Below, piece by piece: positions 21,629 through 29,622 of a stretch of DNA of 32,000 bases. Location of the stretch: the NCBI RefSeq assembly GCF_000011125.1, contig NC_000854.2:390001-422000 (forward strand), given 5' to 3'. The notes beneath the pieces were generated by a model. That model was not told the origin of the DNA. It saw nothing but the letters and a program-made list of their open reading frames with translations, and searched no databases. Within the stretch, counting starts at the first letter, position 1. Every line of letters starts with the position of its first letter. The translations under genes and the position numbers were made by a program. The stretch comes from Aeropyrum pernix K1. Lineage in GTDB: Archaea; Thermoproteota; Thermoprotei_A; Sulfolobales; Acidilobaceae.

Positions 21629-24600
21629 TTACTCTCTCCTGGTTAGCTGTAGTACAAGGTAGCCCGCTACGCCTAGCACTGCTAGTGAGAGGACCGCGTT
21701 GATTATGCCCCAGGTCTGCGCCCTGCCGCTGGCGCTCTCCGCCGTGTCGCCCACCTGGCCTAGCTGCTCCTGTATGTCAGCCACAGCGCTGCTCACGCTG
21801 TCAACCTTGCTCGATATGCTGTCTAGCTTGCCGTTGGCGTCGTCCAGCTTGCTGGATATTGTGCTTGTGTCCTGCTTCACGCTGGCCACGTCTCCAGCCA
21901 CGCTCGCCAGTGTGGACTGTATGTCGGTGATCTTCGCCGTGTCGTCCTGGACGGCGGCTAGGGTCTGGGCTATAGCCTCAGCCTGTGCCGCTAGCTGGGC
22001 GTTCTGGTCGCTTATTGTGGAGAGGTCCTCTAGGACCTGGTCGAGCTTCACGTTAACTCCGCTCTCTATCAGGTCCTTGAGGGTCGACATGTCTGCTGTT
22101 AGGGTGCCCATGGAGGTGGTTATGGTTGCGAGCAGCTGGTTGTTCTCGACGACTACCTCCTCGATGGTAGCGTTAGCCTCCACAAGGTCCTCTAGGCTGA
22201 CGCTGACATCTCCGAGTATCGTCTGCACCTCTGCAACTCCGTCGGAGACCGCGGTTATCTTGGCGTCAAGCGTGTCGAGGCTCTCCAGTATCAGCTGCTG
22301 GCCGTCAAGCACTAGGGCGACGTTGTCCTCCACCGCCTTTATCACTGCGTCGGTGCTGTCGGCCACTATAGTCTGGAGGTCCTGGACGCTCACCAGTATA
22401 GTGCCCGCCGTGGTCTTGATCTCTGCCACGTCACCCTGTATGGTGGTCAGAGTCGCGTTCATCGCGTCTAGCAGTTCTAGTATTGTTGCGACATCGCCCT
22501 GTATGGTTGCGACGCCGTTGGAAATCTCCGCCAGATCCCCGCTTATCTCGTCGAGCTTCATAGTTATCTCCTCGCCAGTCTGCTGCAGAAGCTCTGTAAG
22601 CTCGTCGACGCTGGCCTGGAGGTTTCCTAGGTCTGTCTGGAGTATCGCCACGCCTTCATTTATCTCGGTGACTGTAGCCTCTATACTGTCTAGCTTAGTA
22701 TCTATTACGGTTAGGTCGTCCTGTATAGCTAACACTATGCTCTTGACCTCGGAGATGCCTTCCTCGACGCTGGATAGGTCTACTATTGACAGCACACCGC
22801 CATCAGCGCCCAGCCTGACAACGCCGAGTGTATAGTCTATTGTGTCTGGGACTAGGTGGAACTCTGGTGTCGGGTTTGTAAGGTCAGAGTCGTTCTCCAC
22901 CGTCTGCACTACTATCTTGTCTATCACTATCTTTACATACTGGCCTGCCAGGCTCTTGTCGTAGTTCGGTATTAGCACCAGGAATATCGCTCCGCTCAGC
23001 GTTGAGGCGTCATACGGGTTAGCGAAGGTATTGTTAACGAAGTCGTAGTAGCTTATTGCTGTTCCAACCGTTGTGAACAACGTTGCACCCGCCAGAGTCT
23101 TAACGCTTACCTGGACCGTCACAGCCACTATGGTATCGTCTGCGAAGGTTGCTGAGGGATCATCGTCTACCGGGTCAGTTAAACTGCTGAACGGGGTGAA
23201 CGATACGTACAGCTTCAGGGGTGTTAGAGGCGTTAGTATGTATGTCGAGAGCATTGCGTTTGAGCCTATGGCGGGTACGACCTCGGCGAGGTTCAGCGAC
23301 CGGGCGACAACCTGTCCCGTCTGGACGTCTACCACAACCGCTTCAAACATGCTTGCTAGCGCCACGTTTATCAGTTCCGGCGCTACCGTTACAGTTGCGT
23401 TTATAGTGCCGTCCACGCTGGCCTGGAATGCCGCGGATTCGAAGGTCTCACCTGCGAGGGAGACCAGGGGGTCTTCGGTGCCAGGCTTTACCAGAACCAC
23501 CTTGTAGAGTCCTCCCGACTTTGCCCCGTGAGCTATTACCTGTACCTGCACATTCTCACCGGATGCTGCCACTTCTGACACACCGTCACCGTCTATGTCC
23601 GTGTTGAGTATGGTGACCTTCCAGTGTGGCACGAGTTCTATGTTGAATGTGAACAGGCCTCCTAGGCCTCCCTGCATGTGGAGTGTGTGGGTTGTTGCTG
23701 GGGTCTGGAAGTTCTCTACAGTGTACATGACAGCGCCATTATCGTCAACACCGACGACATACTCGTCACCGCTTAGAGTCACAGTCACGCCTGTGTCGGC
23801 GATTACGTCGAAGGAAGCGGGTGTAGAGCCTGGGGTCGTTATAGTTGGGGATCTGATCTCAATCGAGTCCTCGTCAGTGTAGTTGAAGGCGGCGAAGAGC
23901 ACTCCTCCCGGCGGGCCAGCGAGTATCTCACTCTCCATCGGGTAGACCTGGATTATCTGGGGCTCGAGGCTGAGTGGGTCGCTAACCACTAGGTAGTAGA
24001 GCCCCTCCTCGATGAAGCTGAAGCCCTGGGCCTTTATCGTCAGCGGGTATACCCCCGGCTCTCCGGGGGCAACCGTGTCCAGCGGGTATGGTTCATTACT
24101 TATTATGTCCTGACCGTCGACCTCCACCACAGTATCGCCTATGTAAACCTCGTAGGTTAACCCTGGGACGACATAACCTGTATTATCTGCATCTATTTCG
24201 AGCGTATCGGTTGTCCCGCTGTTGAGGCTGTTCCCTGGCTTGTCTGTGCTGTACTTTATAGTGCCGAGAGCCGTTGAGTCTATCTCGTATGATGTGTTGA
24301 AGGTCAGGAGCTCAGGCACCTTGTACTCCAGCACTGTGGAGAAATAGGCCGAGGTGTCATTATCACTATCCTGTGCTATCACAGTCACGTCCTTACCTGT
24401 ATTCTCTATGTCTGGGGCTATGTGGACGTACTGGGCCACACCCCTGCTGTCGGCTACTACTGTACTAGCAGACGACTCCAGATCTATCTCCTCTGTTATG
24501 GTCACGGTTTCGAAGGGCTCGACACCGCATATGGTTATTATGAACTGTGTGCCATTCCCAGCCCATATACCACCGTCTTCGAAGTAGAATGCTGTCTCAC

Positions 24601-26293
24601 CCACGTCCACAAAGTATGTCGGGACGATGTCTATGAATATGCCGTCCTCGTTGTCCATGTTTATGTTGTCGTAGAAGCCTCCCCTCACCGCCACCGCGGT
24701 GAACGCATAGTCCATATCACCAGTTGCGTCTGCGTCTGGGAGAGGACCTATTTCGGCCAGGTTTACTGTCAGCTTGGCAGCCCCCCGGGAGTCCGTCGTC
24801 ACGGTTCCCAGCAGGAACGGGCCGAGGTATATGCTCACCGTAGCCCTGGCCATTGTGTTGAACACCACAACCTCGACGATGGAGTCGCTGCAGCCGGGTA
24901 TTTCTAACGGCGAGTTGGCGCTTGTGAGTGGATCACCGTCGACATACACCACCAGCCCGCTGTCTCCATAGGTGAAGCTGTCGGGCGGCACGTCAGGCCT
25001 GCTGGCTACGAGGGCTGCAGGGAACTTTATCTCTGTTACAACATGTAGATCAGGCTCTACGTCGTGGTTCCATACTATAGTCGAATCTCCGCCTCTTACA
25101 TAGAGGTAGAGGTCTAGCGAGCCCCTGTCCTGGCCCTCTATATCGTCTTCGAGTACGGTAGTGACCGACAGGCTCCCCCTCTCGGTTGTAGACACTGGAC
25201 CATCTATTATGAGGTCGAACGTGTTACCAGTGCCCGAGAAGGGGTTCTCTAGCCACCCAACCTCCAGGGAGCCGTCGCCGTCAATGTCGTTGCCCACCTG
25301 GGTGCTGAATGGTAGCCCCCTTATGTCCAGGCTTATAGTCTCGCCAGCATCACCCTCGATCACGAAGGGCTCGGCCTCGAAAAGCTTCGGTATTATGTAT
25401 ATGGGGGTGAAGGCTAGTGTCGCGTGCCTCTCCCCGGCGTCCTCATAGTATATGACTGCTATGAGGAGGTGTATACCCATCGGCAACTCCTTGGGGAGCC
25501 TTAGCGTGCCCGTCTCACCCGGGCTTATTCTAACACTGTTTCCTGAGCCAACCCAGTCTAGGTACACATATATCCTCTCGGTAGTACCGGGGATGTTGCC
25601 TACGGAGAACTCGACCTCGTCGCCAGGCCTGTATATAGGCAGCACATAGCCTTCATACATGGGGTCAATATCGAAGATAGTGTCAGTGGGTGGGTCTCCG
25701 GAAAGGAGGCCGTGGTCTATCTCCATCCTAGCATCCTCTACTGTGGCGTAGGGGTTTAAGGCGGTGATTGTAGGGGCGCCCGACACTAAATCCGCTACTG
25801 TGAACTCGATCCTGCCTACGTTGCCGGCCTCATCCTTAATCCTCAGCTCGTAGGGACCTACCGTAACGGTCTCTCCAGTCTCAGCGGTAATATCCTCCAT
25901 GTCTATAACCAGAGTGGGTGGTGTGAGGTCGCTCGGGTCCTCGACCCACTCGCCCAGCACATACCTGAGCCTGGCTTGATTGTCTCCGCCGTACACGGCT
26001 ATCGGCGTGGTGAAGTCGTAGACGCCGAAGCTCGTCCGCTCGCCAACTATCCTCCATATCTCGAAGGTTAGGCCTGAAGCGTCCTGGAAGCCCTGTCCCA
26101 CTATGGTGAGCGCCACCATATCCTGCATCTGATCTAGGTCTATGACCAGAGGCTCATCGAACCCCGGCTCTATGGTCTGAGCAGGGATAACATCCTGAGC
26201 AGCCTGCGCTATCGGCAGTACGGTCGGCAGCGTGAAGAGCGCCACCATCAGAGCCGCTATCGCTATACTCACGATTCTCACGCCTATACTCAC
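21629..26293 (-). CDS. Giant cell-surface protein: signal peptide, ~1150-aa beta-rich ectodomain, ~340-aa coiled-coil stalk, C-terminal TM anchor (tetrabrachion-like S-layer candidate)
   Basis: 1554-aa ORF with a GTG start and an N-terminal hydrophobic signal (IVSIAIAALMVALFTLPTVLPIAQA). DIDGDGSLEV and DIDGDGVSEV loops are present. Residues about 1172-1514 are heptad-patterned and rich in D/E/S/T/L/I/V. The C-terminus is WGIINAVLSLAVLGVAGYLVLQLTRRE. Confidence 0.88.
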   Translation of the reverse strand: MSIGVRIVSIAIAALMVALFTLPTVLPIAQAAQDVIPAQTIEPGFDEPLVIDLDQMQDMVALTIVGQGFQDASGLTFEIWRIVGERTSFGVYDFTTPIAVYGGDNQARLRYVLGEWVEDPSDLTPPTLVIDMEDITAETGETVTVGPYELRIKDEAGNVGRIEFTVADLVSGAPTITALNPYATVEDARMEIDHGLLSGDPPTDTIFDIDPMYEGYVLPIYRPGDEVEFSVGNIPGTTERIYVYLDWVGSGNSVRISPGETGTLRLPKELPMGIHLLIAVIYYEDAGERHATLAFTPIYIIPKLFEAEPFVIEGDAGETISLDIRGLPFSTQVGNDIDGDGSLEVGWLENPFSGTGNTFDLIIDGPVSTTERGSLSVTTVLEDDIEGQDRGSLDLYLYVRGGDSTIVWNHDVEPDLHVVTEIKFPAALVASRPDVPPDSFTYGDSGLVVYVDGDPLTSANSPLEIPGCSDSIVEVVVFNTMARATVSIYLGPFLLGTVTTDSRGAAKLTVNLAEIGPLPDADATGDMDYAFTAVAVRGGFYDNINMDNEDGIFIDIVPTYFVDVGETAFYFEDGGIWAGNGTQFIITICGVEPFETVTITEEIDLESSASTVVADSRGVAQYVHIAPDIENTGKDVTVIAQDSDNDTSAYFSTVLEYKVPELLTFNTSYEIDSTALGTIKYSTDKPGNSLNSGTTDTLEIDADNTGYVVPGLTYEVYIGDTVVEVDGQDIISNEPYPLDTVAPGEPGVYPLTIKAQGFSFIEEGLYYLVVSDPLSLEPQIIQVYPMESEILAGPPGGVLFAAFNYTDEDSIEIRSPTITTPGSTPASFDVIADTGVTVTLSGDEYVVGVDDNGAVMYTVENFQTPATTHTLHMQGGLGGLFTFNIELVPHWKVTILNTDIDGDGVSEVAASGENVQVQVIAHGAKSGGLYKVVLVKPGTEDPLVSLAGETFESAAFQASVDGTINATVTVAPELINVALASMFEAVVVDVQTGQVVARSLNLAEVVPAIGSNAMLSTYILTPLTPLKLYVSFTPFSSLTDPVDDDPSATFADDTIVAVTVQVSVKTLAGATLFTTVGTAISYYDFVNNTFANPYDASTLSGAIFLVLIPNYDKSLAGQYVKIVIDKIVVQTVENDSDLTNPTPEFHLVPDTIDYTLGVVRLGADGGVLSIVDLSSVEEGISEVKSIVLAIQDDLTVIDTKLDSIEATVTEINEGVAILQTDLGNLQASVDELTELLQQTGEEITMKLDEISGDLAEISNGVATIQGDVATILELLDAMNATLTTIQGDVAEIKTTAGTILVSVQDLQTIVADSTDAVIKAVEDNVALVLDGQQLILESLDTLDAKITAVSDGVAEVQTILGDVSVSLEDLVEANATIEEVVVENNQLLATITTSMGTLTADMSTLKDLIESGVNVKLDQVLEDLSTISDQNAQLAAQAEAIAQTLAAVQDDTAKITDIQSTLASVAGDVASVKQDTSTISSKLDDANGKLDSISSKVDSVSSAVADIQEQLGQVGDTAESASGRAQTWGIINAVLSLAVLGVAGYLVLQLTRRE

Positions 26294-26329
26294 CCTCTAA
26301 AGGGCCGTGGAATACTGGCCCACACCGGG

Positions 26330-26336
26330 TTTATAA
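26330..26336 (-). promoter_or_regulatory. TATA box (TTTATAA; minus strand reads CTTATAAA) for the stalk-protein gene
   Basis: It lies about 40 nt upstream of GTG 26293. GAGG lies immediately before the start codon. Confidence 0.55.
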
Positions 26337-26366
26337 GGGTTACTAGCCCCCCGGAGCCCCAAGACC

Positions 26367-26406
26367 CCCCGGGAAACCCGGGGGAAACCCAGGGGAGCCT
26401 CCTGGG
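26367..26406. repeat. Tandem GGGAAACCC mini-palindromes (26371-26379, 26382-26390) within nested G/C hairpins
   Basis: CCCCGGG-AAA-CCCGGGG (26367-26383) is a 7-bp hairpin. CCCAGGGG-agc-CTCCTGGG (26388-26406) is an 8-bp hairpin with one G-T pair. Both were read directly from the sequence. Confidence 0.7.
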
Positions 26407-26584
26407 GAGGCGTGGGCTTCAACGGACGGTCATCCATTATGACTGGGGGCTGGGGAGGCATGGGATCCTGGAGGCCTTGGGTTTGAGAAGGGGGAAATCT
26501 GGGGGGTTAGAGTAGTTTTGGGCCTGGGCTTCTGCGGGGGGTAACGGCCTGGGGCCGGAGGATCGGGCTGGTGCAGTCTCGTGT

Positions 26585-28222
26585 CTACTGTGATATTATT
26601 ATGTCGGTCTCCATCGGCGGGCTCCCGGTCTTCACTGCCGCGTATGTTTGTTGCGGGTTTATCTGGGTGGGGGTTCCGTATATCTGGATCTCCCTCTTAC
26701 CCGGGTCTATCCACGCTTTTAGCACTGTGCTGTAGCCCCCGGCTCTCGCGGCTTCCGCTGGGGCTACCTTTAGCCTGGCACCCTGTACCTGGAGGTGTGC
26801 TAGCGTCCTCCCCTGGGGTGTGTCTTGTATTATTAGGAGGGGTTTGGCGGGTGCTCCGCAGGGTGAGGGGGCGGGTGTTAGGGTTATCGTGTACCTCCCG
26901 TCGGCACCCTGGTTCTCTATGGCCAGGGGCTTCAGGGGTGTGCCCATGGTCTCCCGGGGTGTGTAGGCTATGGTTATTTCGAGGCCGGGGGTCCAGGACG
27001 CCTGTAGGGTCTCGCCCGGCTCTAGGGTTCTGGTGACGCCGGCTATGGAGGCCCCTATAATTGGGGGCGGGTTTAGGAGGGCGTCTATGCCGAGGCTTGG
27101 GGCCTGGTCTCTGCAGGCCAGCAGCGTTACCCTGGCGGGGGTGGGGTGGGGGAGGGTGGTGGTGTGGGTTGAGAGCGCTAGGGGGGCTGCCCCTGTGAGG
27201 GTTATGGTGGCCTCCAGGCTGGCCCTCGCCTCCCCCGGCTGGCTGCTGTGGAGGAGGGCTACTATGCCGGTGGCGGTGGCGAAGGCTCCCTGGGCCTGGG
27301 TGGCCCCGTTGGTGTAGCGGGGGCTCACCATCCACGCCTCCGTCCTGCCCGACACCGTCTCCAGCCCGTCGCTATAGACAACCGCCTCCACAGCCTTCCT
27401 GGGCTTGCCAGGGTAGGCTATGGTGCCACTGGCCTCAGCCTCGCCCCGGAGTACCATCATACCCGGGGGGTCGAGCCTCACCCCGGCCCAGAGGCCGTCG
27501 CCTGTGCATAGGGCGAAGCCGTAGACCTCCACAGCCCCGACCCCGGTATCCAGGGTCCCCAGCCTCTCCTCGCCGTAGCCCCCGCTACCGTCGGGCCAGA
27601 CCTCAGCCCCCAGGGCTGCTATCCTGGGGCTGCAGCTCCTGTCCAGCTCTATCTCCACCTTGAATACCGCGTCGATGGGCTCCCAGGCTCCAACGCTTAT
27701 GACCCAAGCCTCACCCAGGCCCGCCAGGCTGAACCATAGTCCAGCTATGTTGACCGCAGCCCCCAAGCCGCCCCCACCGCCCTCCTGGGAGCCGGGGCAG
27801 GTGTAGGGGGTTGGGTGTAGCCTGAGGCCTCCCCCCACGGTCTCCACACCCAGTATTACGGGGCTGCAGTCGTAGCCCTCCATGGCATCCACAACACCCT
27901 CAACCGCGGGCTCGGGGAGCTCAACCCTGGCCGCTACGCCCTCCCCCGGCTTCAGCACTACAACGCTCTCGACAGGCGCGCCGGGCGAGTAGAACCTCAC
28001 CTTGAGCGCCCCCGCCTCCACCCAGGCCTCCATGTAGAGGGGGTTGGAGGCAGCCGCTATCGACTGGGAGGCCGCCTCCCCGGCCCCCGCTATGAGGCCC
28101 GCGGTCCTGCCGCCCACGGACATGAGGGCCGCCGCCACGGCTACGGCGACCGCGACTGCCACCAGTGCGCCGTAGACCTCGCTCAAACCCCTCCTACGCC
28201 TAGCCAACAACCGGGCCACCAA
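26585..28222 (-). CDS. Large extracellular protein with an archaeal class III (type IV pilin-like) signal peptide
   Basis: 545-aa ORF. The N-terminus MVARLLARRRRG|LSEVYGALVAVAVAVAVAAALM has a basic head, a G|LS prepilin-peptidase-type site, and a hydrophobic helix of about 20 residues. The rest is beta-rich and G/A/V/T/P-rich. The start is TTG or GTG. Confidence 0.75.
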   Translation of the reverse strand: MVARLLARRRRGLSEVYGALVAVAVAVAVAAALMSVGGRTAGLIAGAGEAASQSIAAASNPLYMEAWVEAGALKVRFYSPGAPVESVVVLKPGEGVAARVELPEPAVEGVVDAMEGYDCSPVILGVETVGGGLRLHPTPYTCPGSQEGGGGGLGAAVNIAGLWFSLAGLGEAWVISVGAWEPIDAVFKVEIELDRSCSPRIAALGAEVWPDGSGGYGEERLGTLDTGVGAVEVYGFALCTGDGLWAGVRLDPPGMMVLRGEAEASGTIAYPGKPRKAVEAVVYSDGLETVSGRTEAWMVSPRYTNGATQAQGAFATATGIVALLHSSQPGEARASLEATITLTGAAPLALSTHTTTLPHPTPARVTLLACRDQAPSLGIDALLNPPPIIGASIAGVTRTLEPGETLQASWTPGLEITIAYTPRETMGTPLKPLAIENQGADGRYTITLTPAPSPCGAPAKPLLIIQDTPQGRTLAHLQVQGARLKVAPAEAARAGGYSTVLKAWIDPGKREIQIYGTPTQINPQQTYAAVKTGSPPMETDIIISQ

Positions 28223-28294
28223 TAATGTGGGCGTGGCGCCCGGGGTTGGGGCGGGGGGTTTAGAAAGTGTGTTTGGGTGTGGATGCGGTATTCG

Positions 28295-29557
28295 CTATCC
28301 TCTCCTGGAGGCGGTGTATGCCGCTGCTAGGCCTAGGGCGAGGGCTAGGGCTGCGAGGACGGCTGTGAGCCTCCTGTCGGATAGCGATTGGAGCAGGTCC
28401 TCAGCCAGCCCCCTTGGCTCCTGGGTCTGGGTGTCCTGGGGTGGTGTTGGGGCTGTGGTGGTCTCACCCTCGCCGGGCGTCTTAGCCTCTATCCTGTATA
28501 CGGCCAGCGCCTGCTGGCCCCCCGAGACTATGTGCACAGCCGCCTCGCCGCCCCTGGTCCACACCCCCGCCACGGCCCCCTGGCCCTCCATCAGCTTGAA
28601 CGCCCACCAGTCTCCCCCGGAGGCTGGGCAGCCGGTGTAGACTGCTATGGCGGGTGATCCGTCGAGGCTGCCCCCGGCCACAGCTATCTCCCCGGCCTCA
28701 GGGTGCATGGCCGCCGCCACCCCGTACACCCTGTCCAGACCCGGCAGCGGCTGGGGCTCAGCGGCGGGTGGCGGCTGGGCAGAGCTCCACCCAGACCCGC
28801 CGCTCCACCAGGCTATGCAGCCGTCCCACGCCCTAGCCCCCGCGGGCAGGCCCTGGGGGAGAGGCACAGCCCACCACTCCCCCTCGCCGGCCGTGCAGGC
28901 TAGGGAGCCGCCTCCCCCCTCCTCTCTAGCAGTGGACACCAGGCACAGCGCACCCCCGGGGAGGAAGGCGGCGTCCACTGCCTTCTGATCGCCGGGCTCC
29001 TCGTAGGCGGCGGTGGAGACGGGCTTCCCGGCTATCAGGTCCACCTGGACAGCCGCGGCGTCCCAGCCCGTGTCTAGGCCTGTGTAGAGGGAGCCGGCGA
29101 CGAGGAGGGTGGAGCCCTGGAGGCTGGCGGAGTAGGCTCTGAACCCCTCCCCCAGTGTTATGAGCCTCTCCTCCCTGGGGCTCCCGTCCATGGTGTAGAC
29201 GGTTATGGCGAGGACCTCGCTCAGCCCCTGCCTCCCCCGGGAGTAGACTTGGAGGCCGCCGCCGGCCGCGTCAACCCCTATGGGCTCGAAGCCCTCCACA
29301 CCCTGGGGTGGCTGGAGGGGCCTGCTCCACTCTATAAACCCCCCGGTTAACAGTGCCAGCCTGAAACCGTCGCCGGTGTAGAGCAGCGCCGCCACCGAAC
29401 CCTCTACCACGTCGGCGTCAACCAGTATGTAGCCGCCCGGCAGGTCCACGGCCTGCACCAGGTCCAGCGTGAAGCCCCCGCCCACCCCGGAGGAGGGGGT
29501 GGAGAGGAGTGTGGGTGAGAGGACTAGCAGGGCCAGCAGGAGGCTGGTGAGCCTCAA
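28295..29557 (-). CDS. Secreted protein with a C-terminal Thr/Pro-rich linker and TM anchor (possibly beta-propeller-like repeats)
   Basis: 420-aa ORF with signal peptide LLLALLVLSPTLLSTPSSG and recurrent G-x-L/V-A-V/L-Y-T/S-G strands. The linker KTPGEGETTTAPTPPQDTQTQEP is followed by the anchor LTAVLAALALALGLAAAYTASRRG. A TATA-like CCTTATAGG lies at 29598-29606. Confidence 0.72.
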   Translation of the reverse strand: MRLTSLLLALLVLSPTLLSTPSSGVGGGFTLDLVQAVDLPGGYILVDADVVEGSVAALLYTGDGFRLALLTGGFIEWSRPLQPPQGVEGFEPIGVDAAGGGLQVYSRGRQGLSEVLAITVYTMDGSPREERLITLGEGFRAYSASLQGSTLLVAGSLYTGLDTGWDAAAVQVDLIAGKPVSTAAYEEPGDQKAVDAAFLPGGALCLVSTAREEGGGGSLACTAGEGEWWAVPLPQGLPAGARAWDGCIAWWSGGSGWSSAQPPPAAEPQPLPGLDRVYGVAAAMHPEAGEIAVAGGSLDGSPAIAVYTGCPASGGDWWAFKLMEGQGAVAGVWTRGGEAAVHIVSGGQQALAVYRIEAKTPGEGETTTAPTPPQDTQTQEPRGLAEDLLQSLSDRRLTAVLAALALALGLAAAYTASRRG

Positions 29558-29622
29558 CCCCCGTATACACCCCAGGCTAGGCGGGCGGGGCCGCGGGCCT
29601 ATAAGGCTGAAGGCCCCGCTGG

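Noticed and set aside
21699-22835. 378-aa plus-strand ORF (also 23073..23507, 24422..24907 and others) inside the stalk-protein gene
   Set aside because: It is antisense to a 1554-aa ORF with clear protein features. Its product is low-complexity and Ser/Thr/Ala-rich, as expected from reading a biased coiled-coil coding region backwards. No start-site signals are present.
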